The notes under the pieces are model-generated. The model was not told the origin of the DNA. It ran no database searches and saw only the letters and a list, made by a program, of their open reading frames with translations. Made by a program: the position numbers and the translations under genes. 57,329 bases of DNA from the NCBI GenBank assembly GCA_017447305.1, contig JAFSNY010000039.1, positions 1-57,329 on the forward strand. Reading direction: 5' to 3'. The DNA comes from Bacilli bacterium (lineage in GTDB: Bacteria > Bacillota_I > Bacilli_A > RFN20 > CAG-826). This document shows positions 48,966 to 57,329 of this stretch, piece after piece (position 1 is the stretch's first letter; each line of letters starts with the position of its first letter).

Positions 48966-50720
48966 ATGAAAGTACAATTACACGATGGTTCAATCATCGA
49001 AATTGAAAAGAATAGCAAAGAAGGATTTGAAGTATTAAATCACTCTACTTCTCACCTTCTCGCTGCGGCGATTCATGAACTATATCCAGATGCCTTATTT
49101 GGATTTGGTCCAGCCATTGAAGAAGGATTTTATTACGACATTGATTTTAAGGAACCAATCTCAGAAGATGATTTCCCTAAAATTGAAAAGAAGATGCAAG
49201 AACTCGCAAAAAGAGATGATCGCATTATTAGAGAACAATTAAGTAAGGCCGAAGCTTTAAAAATATTTAAAGATAATCCTTACAAACTTGAATTAATCGA
49301 AGGAATTGATGAAGACATCACTGTTTTTAGACAAGGTGATTTCGTCGATTTATGTCGTGGACCACATATCATGTCCACCGGATTAATTAAACACTTTAAG
49401 CTTTTATCCCTCGCTGGTGCATACTGGAGAGGCGATTCTAAAAACAAACAATTAGTGAGAATTTATGGCACTTCTTGGTGGAGCGCTGAAGAACTCGCTA
49501 AACACTTAAGTGACATCGAAGAGAGAAAGAAAAGAGACCACCGCTTACTCGGTAAGCAACTTGGTTTATTCCTTCTTTCCGAATATGGTCCAGGATTCCC
49601 ATTCTGGCTTCCAAATGGAATGATTGTCAGAACTGAAATCGAGAATCTTTGGAAAAAGATTCATCGTCGTTATAACTATATGTTAATTGACACTCCAATT
49701 CTTTTAAGTAAAGAACTTTGGATTACCTCAGGTCACTGGGATCATTATAAAGAGAACATGTATACGACTTTAATCGATGAAAAGGAATTCGCGGTTAAAC
49801 CAATGAACTGTCCAGGAGCCATTCTTGTCTATAAGAATTCACTCCACTCCTATAAAGATTTACCACTCCGCTATGCGGAACTTGGTCATGTCCATCGTCA
49901 TGAAGCTAGTGGTGCACTTAACGGATTATTCAGAGTGAGAAGCTTCACTCAAGATGACGCTCACACCTTCGTTAGAGCGGATCAAATTGAAGATGAAATT
50001 AAGTCAATTTTAAAACTATATGACGAGATTTATTCCATCTTTGGTTTAGACTATAAAATCGAATTATCTACTCGTCCTGAAGAAGGATATATCGGAGATA
50101 TCGAGATTTGGAACAAATCTGAGGAAATCTTAGAAAGAGTTTGTAGGGCAACTGGAAAAGACTTCAAAATCAATCCTGGTGATGGAGCGTTCTATGGTCC
50201 AAAACTCGACTTTAAGTTAAGAGATTCAATGGGTCGTATCTGGCAGTGCGGCACGATTCAACTCGATATGAATTTACCAGAAAGATTCGATTGTTCTTAC
50301 ATCAATAAAAATGGAGAAAAAGAACGTCCAATTATGCTTCACCGCGCATGCTTTGGTTCGATTGAAAGATTCATTGGTATCATTACCGAAAATTACGCGG
50401 GAGCGTTCCCAACCTGGTTATCACCAGTTCAAGTTAATCTTCTTCCTGTTAATAACGAATATCATCTTGACTATGTCAACGAGTTATATAAATTACTCCA
50501 AGATGAAGATATTCGCGTTGAGAAGGATGATGATAACGAGAAACTTGGTTATCGTATGAGAAATTCTCAAATGAGAAAGATTCCATACACTCTCGTCATT
50601 GGCGATAATGAAGTCAAAGATAGGACTGTCACTTATCGTAAATATGGTGAGAAAGAACAAATTACCGTTCCATTTGACGATTTCCTAAAAATGGTCAAAA
50701 AGGAAATCAAGATTATCTAA
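48966..50720 (+). CDS. thrS: threonine-tRNA ligase
   Basis: HSTSHLLA, DLCRGPH, KPMNCP, FTQDDAH and GSIERF motifs; ATG at 48966 after RBS ggagga. Confidence 0.97.
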   Translation: MKVQLHDGSIIEIEKNSKEGFEVLNHSTSHLLAAAIHELYPDALFGFGPAIEEGFYYDIDFKEPISEDDFPKIEKKMQELAKRDDRIIREQLSKAEALKIFKDNPYKLELIEGIDEDITVFRQGDFVDLCRGPHIMSTGLIKHFKLLSLAGAYWRGDSKNKQLVRIYGTSWWSAEELAKHLSDIEERKKRDHRLLGKQLGLFLLSEYGPGFPFWLPNGMIVRTEIENLWKKIHRRYNYMLIDTPILLSKELWITSGHWDHYKENMYTTLIDEKEFAVKPMNCPGAILVYKNSLHSYKDLPLRYAELGHVHRHEASGALNGLFRVRSFTQDDAHTFVRADQIEDEIKSILKLYDEIYSIFGLDYKIELSTRPEEGYIGDIEIWNKSEEILERVCRATGKDFKINPGDGAFYGPKLDFKLRDSMGRIWQCGTIQLDMNLPERFDCSYINKNGEKERPIMLHRACFGSIERFIGIITENYAGAFPTWLSPVQVNLLPVNNEYHLDYVNELYKLLQDEDIRVEKDDDNEKLGYRMRNSQMRKIPYTLVIGDNEVKDRTVTYRKYGEKEQITVPFDDFLKMVKKEIKII

Positions 50721-50731
50721 TAAAAAAGTAT

Positions 50732-50760
50732 TTGACTATTATTTAACAATAAGTTAATAT
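50732..50760 (+). promoter_or_regulatory. sigma-A-like promoter of the infC operon
   Basis: TTGACT-17 nt-TAATAT. Confidence 0.6.
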
Positions 50761-50779
50761 TGTCGCGTATAAATTGGTA

Positions 50780-50890
50780 GAAAGCAGAGGCACCCGCTTC
50801 TCGCCAGATCGACAAATGTTGGTTGGCTAACGCTATTAATACTTAGGGCTAGGTATTTGTTAACGGGTGTCATGCGCACCCGTTTTATTA
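50780..50890 (+). ncRNA. L20 ribosomal protein leader
   Basis: AAGCAGAGGCACCCGCTTCTC...CGGGTG..CACCCG-TTTT upstream of infC-rpmI-rplT, matching the Bacillota L20 leader layout. Confidence 0.85.
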
Positions 50891-50908
50891 TGTAAGGAGA
50901 TGATAAAT

Positions 50909-51448
50909 ATCGCAGACAATCAAAAGAAAGGAAACAATAGAGGCGGAGATCTTGTTAATGATTCCGTTCGTTTCCCACAAGTTAGACTCATCGGACCCGA
51001 TGGCGAGCAATTAGGAATTATGTCTTCTAGAGAGGCACAATTAAAAGCGAATTCTTATGATATGGATTTGCTTTGTGTCGCCCCAGGAGCCAACCCACCA
51101 GTTTGCCGCATATTAAATTATTCAAAGTACAAATTTGAACAACAAAAGAAGGCCAAAGAGGCTAAGAAGAATCAACACATTGTCGAGATTAAAGAAGTAC
51201 AACTAACTCCTCAAATCGGTCAACACGATTTAGAAACAAAAGCACGCGCCGCAATGAAATTCTTGCAAGCGGGTAATAAGGTCAAAGTTGGTGTGAGATT
51301 TAGAGGAAGACAACTCTCCCATACCGAAATCGGTATGGAGGTGTTAGAGAAATTCATCTCTTTACTAGCTGAAGTCTGCCAAGTGGAGAAAGCTCCAAAC
51401 ATGGAAGGACGTTGGCTATACGCTACATTAGCGCCATTAAAGAAATAA
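50909..51448 (+). CDS. infC: translation initiation factor IF-3 (probable ATC start)
   Basis: VRLIGPDGEQLG, PPVCRIL and KVKVGVRFRGR motifs; SD aaggag sits 9 nt before ATC at 50909. Confidence 0.95.
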   Translation: MADNQKKGNNRGGDLVNDSVRFPQVRLIGPDGEQLGIMSSREAQLKANSYDMDLLCVAPGANPPVCRILNYSKYKFEQQKKAKEAKKNQHIVEIKEVQLTPQIGQHDLETKARAAMKFLQAGNKVKVGVRFRGRQLSHTEIGMEVLEKFISLLAEVCQVEKAPNMEGRWLYATLAPLKK

Positions 51449-51468
51449 GAAAGTAGGAGGAAAGATTT

Positions 51469-51663
51469 ATGCCAAAAATGAAAAGCAAAAAGGCTCTTAC
51501 CAAAAGAGTTAAAAGAACTGGCAGCGGAAAACTTGTGAGACATTCCGCATACACATCACACTTAGCCCCACATAAGACTCACAAACAAAAGAGACATTTG
51601 AGAAAACAAAGCTCCATCAGTAAGAGCGATTACAAGAGAATCAAATATCTCGTCCAAGACTAG
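51469..51663 (+). CDS. rpmI: 50S ribosomal protein L35
   Basis: MPKMKSKKALTKRVKRTGSGK. Confidence 0.97.
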   Translation: MPKMKSKKALTKRVKRTGSGKLVRHSAYTSHLAPHKTHKQKRHLRKQSSISKSDYKRIKYLVQD

Positions 51664-51676
51664 GAGGTAACCGAAG

Positions 51677-52027
51677 ATGAGAGTTAAAGGTGGAACCGTT
51701 ACACACGCCCGTCGTAAAAGAATTCTTAAGAGAGCTTCTGGTTACTTCGGAAGCAAACACTTACTCTTTAAAACTGCGAAAGAGCAAGTTATGCACTCCC
51801 TCAGATATGCCTATGTTGATCGTAGAAATATCAAGAGAGATTACCGTAGACTTTGGATCAGACGTATCAATGCTGCTTGCAGAATGAATGATATCTCTTA
51901 TTCTAAATTCATGCATGGTCTTAAACTCGCAAACGTCAACGTTAACCGTAAGATGCTTAGCGAACTCGCCATCCATGATCCAAAAGCTTTCTCTGATTTA
52001 GTTAAATTAGCTAAAAAGAGCGCTTAA
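51677..52027 (+). CDS. rplT: 50S ribosomal protein L20
   Basis: [15 protein letters not shown] and NRKMLSELA motifs. Confidence 0.97.
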   Translation: MRVKGGTVTHARRKRILKRASGYFGSKHLLFKTAKEQVMHSLRYAYVDRRNIKRDYRRLWIRRINAACRMNDISYSKFMHGLKLANVNVNRKMLSELAIHDPKAFSDLVKLAKKSA

Positions 52028-52041
52028 TTACTCAAGATGAT

Positions 52042-52067
52042 AAAACACCAGCATCGCTGGTGTTTTT
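52042..52067 (+). terminator. terminator after rplT (bidirectional)
   Basis: AAAACACCAGC-ATC-GCTGGTGTTTTT. Confidence 0.8.
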
Positions 52068-52089
52068 ATTTTGATTTCTCAATACTATT

Positions 52090-52327
52090 TTATTCAGTGC
52101 CAAACAATTCAATTGGAATACTATTAAATTCTTCCAAAGAGATGTCGAATCCTTGCATTTCTTTTTTTTGCAGCGCCAATTCTTTTTGATGTATTTTTGC
52201 AAACCTGGGTCATCTTAACGAGTGGTTTGCCATACTTTGTAATAATAATGTAATCTTCTTTACCATCAATTAAGCACTGAATTAATTTAGAGAGATTTGC
52301 TTTTGCAGTACTGATGTCAATTTTCAT
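52090..52327 (-). pseudogene. Phd/YefM family antitoxin, probably +1 frameshifted in an A8 run; no cognate toxin
   Basis: AKANLSKLI...IIITKYGKP...KRIGAAK. An A7 run would give KEMQGFDISLEEFNSIPIELFGTE*; as sequenced the ORF ends at 52124. Confidence 0.65.
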
Positions 52328-52366
52328 GTAAACCTCTTTTATGAACAGTTAATTCAATTATAGATT

Positions 52367-53548
52367 TTATAACAACTCATCCTGATTATCTTCTTCAATA
52401 ATCTTAACTTCGACGTTGTTGATTGCTTCAGATATCAGTGATTGATAATCGAATTTTTCTTCTATTGCCTTGCATTCGTCCAAGCGCGGCATCGTCTTTG
52501 GATTTTTAGGCGCAAAGATTGTGCAACAATCTTCATAAGGACGAATCGATATCTCATATGTTCCAATGCGTTTAGCGATTTTAATGATGTCGGTTTTATC
52601 CATTACCACGCATGGACGGATAATTGGTATATTCGTTACTTCGTTAATGACATTCATCGACTGAACGGTTTGAGAGGCAACTTGGCCAAGTGATTCTCCG
52701 CTCGCCACAACAGGGCAATTCCTTCTCTTTGCAAGGATGGTCGCGAGACGGAACATCATCCTTCTCATAATCGTGATTGCATAGCTTTCATCAGCGTGTT
52801 TATAAATCTCTAGTTGTAGGTTAGTAAATGGAACGATATGAAGCCTAATTCTTGGCTGATATTTGTTTAAGATGTGAAGAAGGTCGTTAAGCTTATAAAT
52901 GACAGCCTCTGAGGTATATGGAGGAGAGGCGAAATGAATGCACTCAATAGTCACTCCTCTTTTCATCATTAGGTATGAGGCAACAGGAGAATCGATTCCA
53001 CCAGAAATCATCATCATTGCTTTTCCGCCTACACCTAATGGATATCCACCTGCGCCTAAGATGGTTTTGGTGAAAATATAGGTCCCCTCATCTCTGACTT
53101 CAATTGATAAGGTGATATCAGGATTATGAACATCAACAGTTAAGGATGTGTTTGATAAGATATTTCCAGCGACATGTCTCGTAATTTCATCACTAATGAT
53201 TGGGAAACGTTTATTTCCTCTTTTGCATTTAACTTTAAATGTTTTGCCTTCTTCTTGCTTGATAAGTTCTAAGGAAGCTTGCTTGATTTGGTTTAAATCA
53301 TTTTCACATTTATAGACGAGTGAGAGAGCGTAGATTCCAGACACATCTTGTAAACGAAGAAGAACGTCATCAGGATTTTCATCATTAAGTATGATGTAGA
53401 TATGATCATAACGCTTTTCATATTTGAGGTTCTTAAATTCCTTTAAGGCACGGATGATGTTCTTAAATAGCGTATTGATGAAATCATTTTTGTTTTTGCC
53501 TTTGGTGCTTAGTTCACCAAATCTCACCATGATATGGTCATATTTCAT
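52367..53548 (-). CDS. thiI: tRNA 4-thiouridine synthase ThiI
   Basis: RFGELSTKGKN, SGGIDSPVA, GESLGQVASQT and EDCC motifs. Confidence 0.97.
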   Translation of the reverse strand: MKYDHIMVRFGELSTKGKNKNDFINTLFKNIIRALKEFKNLKYEKRYDHIYIILNDENPDDVLLRLQDVSGIYALSLVYKCENDLNQIKQASLELIKQEEGKTFKVKCKRGNKRFPIISDEITRHVAGNILSNTSLTVDVHNPDITLSIEVRDEGTYIFTKTILGAGGYPLGVGGKAMMMISGGIDSPVASYLMMKRGVTIECIHFASPPYTSEAVIYKLNDLLHILNKYQPRIRLHIVPFTNLQLEIYKHADESYAITIMRRMMFRLATILAKRRNCPVVASGESLGQVASQTVQSMNVINEVTNIPIIRPCVVMDKTDIIKIAKRIGTYEISIRPYEDCCTIFAPKNPKTMPRLDECKAIEEKFDYQSLISEAINNVEVKIIEEDNQDELL

Positions 53549-53550
53549 AT

Positions 53551-54693
53551 TTATCTGATTCCTTTCACTATTTGATCGAGTTTCTTGATTAATTGAGTAA
53601 TATCATCCTCAGTGTTGTCTTTAGATAAGGAGATACGAATCATGTTATGAGAAAGGTTTGGATCGTGGCTCATTTCATAAATAACGTATGACATCCTCTC
53701 TCCTTTTGAGTGACAAGCCGAAACACTAGAGACCATAATTCCTTCTCTGGATAATCCTTCAACAACCACCGCGGCCTTCTTATTTTTAAGCGAGAAATTA
53801 ACGATATATGGGTTTTCTTCAGGCAAAGAGTTTAATTGATATAATTCGGTGTTATTTTTGAGATAATCAACAAGAGGCTGAATTAAGTTTTTAATATGAT
53901 ATCTCCATTGGTTTTGATTTTCTAAGGTAATTCTTAAGGCTTTAGCGAAAGAGATGATTCCTGCGACATCATTGGTTCCACTTCTCTCATCGTTTTCTTG
54001 TCCGCCACCACAGTTTAATGGTGTTAATGAAATGGACTTATTTTTAATAAGACATCCACATCCTTTTAAGCCATGAATCTTATGAGATGTAAAAGTGATT
54101 AAATCAATCTTAGAAAATGGAATATCAACCTTTCCAATTCCTTGAACAATATCACTATGGAAATAGACTTTTGGATGGTCTTTTAAAATGTCCGCTATTT
54201 CTTCAATTGGTTGAATAGCTCCCGTCTCGTTATTAACGGCCATAATTGAGACTAAAATAGTGTCTTTCCTTAACGCTTTTGCTAAATCGAGGGGATTTAC
54301 CTTTCCTTTTTCATTCACTTTTAGGTATGTTACTTCAAACCCGAAAAGTTCCTCTAATTGCTTGAAAGTATTGAGGACTGATGGGTGTTCAATGACTGTA
54401 GTGATAAGGTGTTTACCGCGATTTTGATAATTAAACGCGATGCCTTTAATCGCAAGATTGTTGGATTCTGTCGCTCCACTTGTGAAAATACATTGATGAG
54501 TTCTACTCACATTTAAAAGAGAAAGAACTTGATTTCTTCCTTTCTCAAGCAACGAAGAAGCGTCCATGCCAACTTGATGGATGGATGAGGAATTGCCATT
54601 ATGATGAAGAGCGACTTCTTCGTATGATTTTAAAACTTCAGGGTCAACCTTAGTTGTCGCTGCGTTATCTAAATAAATGATGCGATTAGCCAT
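53551..54693 (-). CDS. cysteine desulfurase (IscS/NifZ-like, ThiI partner)
   Basis: YLDNAATT, TSGATESNN, EHPSV, SHKIHG, RSGT and SACHS motifs. Confidence 0.93.
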   Translation of the reverse strand: MANRIIYLDNAATTKVDPEVLKSYEEVALHHNGNSSSIHQVGMDASSLLEKGRNQVLSLLNVSRTHQCIFTSGATESNNLAIKGIAFNYQNRGKHLITTVIEHPSVLNTFKQLEELFGFEVTYLKVNEKGKVNPLDLAKALRKDTILVSIMAVNNETGAIQPIEEIADILKDHPKVYFHSDIVQGIGKVDIPFSKIDLITFTSHKIHGLKGCGCLIKNKSISLTPLNCGGGQENDERSGTNDVAGIISFAKALRITLENQNQWRYHIKNLIQPLVDYLKNNTELYQLNSLPEENPYIVNFSLKNKKAAVVVEGLSREGIMVSSVSACHSKGERMSYVIYEMSHDPNLSHNMIRISLSKDNTEDDITQLIKKLDQIVKGIR

Positions 54694-56410
54694 TGTTAGT
54701 TTCGACATGGCTCCTTCTAAATAAACTATCTGCTTCGTGATAAACGGTTTCAAATTGTCCTTCGTAGAATTTCTCTTCTAAAGCAGTGAGATATTGATGG
54801 ACTTCTTCTTGATGGACACGATCTCTATTCGCATATACAATCGCGCTTTCAGCGAGCTTGCATTCTCTTTCTTTGCAGTCGATATCATCAAGTAAGATAG
54901 AGGCTTTAACTTTCAATTCTTCGACTTTTTGATTAATCAAAGCAACATCGATTGGACGGATTTTAATTGTTCTATCAATTTCATTGAGGAGTTCATAACA
55001 TTCATTAATTCTTTCGTCATATGTCTTAGCGAATTCTGGAAGATTAATCATGCTTAATGTGAATTCAGCTTCTCTTAGACGATAATAATAAACGAAGATC
55101 ATGTTATATGCTTCTTCAGAAGATGTCTTTAATGACTCAAGATAACTCCTGAAGTTATTAAGTCCAACATATGCGACATCATAATCCGCGTGTAATTGTT
55201 CTAATTTAGAACGTAAAACGGAATATGGTTGAGGGGTTGAGGAATGGACAAAGGCGTCGAGACTTCTTTTAGAAACACCCATGCTGTTGATGTTTTCCTT
55301 AAGAATTTTCATTTGCTCTTGTTGGAGTTCTTCAACGATATAGACTTGTTCTACTTCTGGAAGAATCGAACAAATCTTTAGGAAACTCTTCTCTAAATCA
55401 AGAACGTTCTTATAGATTTCACTATTATTTAGGACAAAGTATTCTTTGTCTTCCACTTCTTTATCAAGCTCTAAAGAGAGAGCATCGATTTCATTTTGGA
55501 TGGTTTCGCACTCCTCACCTATACCCGCGACGTGGAGAGCAATTAATTGTTTCTTTATCGCGGATAAACGATAATTCCAGTCATCAACTTTGCTTCTAAA
55601 AGAAAGATGGAATAATGGATATCCATTGGCTTCGAGGGTGTTGTATTTTTCAGTAATTTCCTCAATTTTTTGAGGAAGAATTTTAGTAACGTAAATGCAG
55701 AAGTTTGGCATTTGTTCCAAGGCTTGTTTTAATGCAGCAACAACGCCAGAAATAACTGGAAGTAATGCATTAGCTTCATCATATTCCGCACTATCGATAT
55801 GTGTTTCAAACTTTGCAAAAGTTTCATCTAGTTTATCAAAAGCTTTATTAAATGAAGGAAGAATAAGTTCAAGGTCACTAGATAAACTAAAGAATAATTG
55901 CTTAACAGCGCGGTAGCTTTCTTTTAAACGTAAGATAGCTTGTCTAGCTTCTTCTTCAGGTTTGATAACGTCATATAAATCACGATCAAGTTCATTGACT
56001 TTATCTTCTAAAATTTGAACAGCGTTTTTAACGTTTTCGATAACTAATTTAATGTTCTTATATTGTTTATTGGCGATTAAGGTCTTAACTTGTTTAATTT
56101 TAGATTCAGCAAATTTATCATCTATTTCATAGATGGATTTGAAGCGGCGTGAGAATTCATTATAAATATCAACATATAAAAGATTTGTTCTAGAAACGAT
56201 TTCTAGACGATGAATATATTGAGAATCTTGTCCGATTAACAAAGCATCGAGATAAGAATATTTCTTTTCTAAATCTTTAACCGTCCTTTTAGCAGCGTTT
56301 CTTGAAAAGACAATGACATAAAGCAAAATGAATAACGCGATGAGAAAAATAGATCCCACGACTGCGACTAAAATGATTAGCCAGGTTTGAATAAGAACAA
56401 CTAACGCCAT
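54686..56410 (-). CDS. ezrA: septation ring formation regulator EzrA
   Basis: N-terminal TM, long coiled coil, AIVYANR patch; rpsD-ezrA-iscS-thiI synteny. Confidence 0.88.
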   Translation of the reverse strand: MALVVLIQTWLIILVAVVGSIFLIALFILLYVIVFSRNAAKRTVKDLEKKYSYLDALLIGQDSQYIHRLEIVSRTNLLYVDIYNEFSRRFKSIYEIDDKFAESKIKQVKTLIANKQYKNIKLVIENVKNAVQILEDKVNELDRDLYDVIKPEEEARQAILRLKESYRAVKQLFFSLSSDLELILPSFNKAFDKLDETFAKFETHIDSAEYDEANALLPVISGVVAALKQALEQMPNFCIYVTKILPQKIEEITEKYNTLEANGYPLFHLSFRSKVDDWNYRLSAIKKQLIALHVAGIGEECETIQNEIDALSLELDKEVEDKEYFVLNNSEIYKNVLDLEKSFLKICSILPEVEQVYIVEELQQEQMKILKENINSMGVSKRSLDAFVHSSTPQPYSVLRSKLEQLHADYDVAYVGLNNFRSYLESLKTSSEEAYNMIFVYYYRLREAEFTLSMINLPEFAKTYDERINECYELLNEIDRTIKIRPIDVALINQKVEELKVKASILLDDIDCKERECKLAESAIVYANRDRVHQEEVHQYLTALEEKFYEGQFETVYHEADSLFRRSHVETNNG

Positions 56411-56680
56411 AATAACTCCTTGATATTTAATTCTTCGTATTAAATACGTACTATTATTTTATTATTTCAGCGATAATAATTAAACTAATTAATAAAAAAG
56501 TTTAAGAAAGCTTTAATTATCCTCAAAAAGCAAAAGAAAAATAAGCGCAAAAAATAATAACGAATTCTTCCAAGTCAAATTATGTTTATGTAGTATAAAT
56601 TTTTCATATGATTTAGGCACTCATTTTTAGCGAATAATATACTCTCTAAAGAACAAAATATTTAAATCTCGAAAAAAGAA

Positions 56681-56709
56681 TTGACTAATGTTTTAAAAAA
56701 ACATATATT
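56681..56709 (+). promoter_or_regulatory. sigma-A-like promoter of rpsD
   Basis: TTGACT-17 nt-TATATT. Confidence 0.65.
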
Positions 56710-56715
56710 AATAAG

Positions 56716-56850
56716 GCATGTAATTGAAGCATGTAAGTACTACCTGTCTGACGTTTGGTAATCGATCTGGTATGAAGTAGCCAAAGCTATGAGGTGAAGC
56801 AATGAGCCAAACACCCGAGGTAAGGAACTTACACCTAGATATTATTTTGC
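56716..56850 (+). ncRNA. candidate S4 autoregulatory leader
   Basis: Nested pairings TGTAAGT/ACTTACA, TACCT/AGGTA and GTTTGG/CCAAAC in a ~170-nt 5' UTR of rpsD. Confidence 0.5.
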
Positions 56851-56883
56851 AAAAGAAATAAAGGAAAGGAAGGAAAAAATCAC

Positions 56884-57329
56884 ATGAGATACACTGGATC
56901 CACATGGAAAAAGTCTCGTCGTTTAGGTTTCTCAGTTCTTGAAACACAAAAAGAACTCGCAAAACGTCCTTATGGCCCAGGCCAACACGGCGCTCCAGGT
57001 CGTAAAAAGAAAAATTCTGAATACGGCAAACAATTAATCGAGAAACAAAAACTCAGAGAAATGTATGGTGTCAATGAAAGACAATTCCGTCGTTTATTCA
57101 TGATTGCTCTTAAATCTGAAGAAGTTACAGGTTTCGCCTTCATGAAATTACTCGAATCCCGTCTTGATAACTTAGTCTATCGTATGGGCTTTGCTCGCAC
57201 GAGAAGAGGCGCAAGACAACTCGTTAACCCTGGACATATCGAAGTTAATGGCAAGAAAGTCGATATTCCATCCGCTCTCTTAAGCGTTGGTGATGTCGTC
57301 AGTGTTAGAGAAGGTTCAAGAAACCTTAA
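56884..57329 (+). CDS. rpsD: 30S ribosomal protein S4 (runs off window)
   Basis: [36 protein letters not shown] and [11 protein letters not shown] motifs. Confidence 0.97.
   Translation, partial: MRYTGSTWKKSRRLGFSVLETQKELAKRPYGPGQHGAPGRKKKNSEYGKQLIEKQKLREMYGVNERQFRRLFMIALKSEEVTGFAFMKLLESRLDNLVYRMGFARTRRGARQLVNPGHIEVNGKKVDIPSALLSVGDVVSVREGSRNL

Noticed and set aside
56708-56962. 84-aa minus-strand ORF
   Set aside because: Antisense to the rpsD leader and start.

Overview
AT-rich chromosomal window from a Bacillota (Bacilli-like) bacterium with a streamlined genome; TGA is used as stop, so code 11 (lineage is inferred). It has two parts. (1) 1-15890 is an accessory/defence island abutting the 3' end of an initiator tRNA-Met. 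It carries a TIR-like/SAM-methyltransferase fusion, a SEFIR protein plus a nuclease-like partner, an AlwI-family type IIS R-M system with two methyltransferases and a divergent XRE regulator, and a VbhA/Fic module. It also has lipoproteins and many gene relics (serine-recombinase tail, AbrB, Mrr, REase, Vat/CatB). A ~70-bp bipartite palindromic element recurs three times, possibly four, in the same orientation between modules, and the three clear copies are each followed by a terminator-like hairpin. (2) 15895-57329 is mostly core genes: tRNA-fMet, rpsU, deoC, rpmF, mtaB, rsmE, a GPH transporter, yceD, pheST, trmH, dUTPase, glgP, glgB, ackA, nrnA, dnaE, polA, a mutM-coaE fusion, an inverted dnaB-dnaI pair preceded by a DnaA-box cluster, pfkA, thrS, L20 leader-infC-rpmI-rplT, an orphan Phd antitoxin, thiI, iscS, ezrA and the start of rpsD. 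All family calls come from motif recognition by eye; no searches were run.
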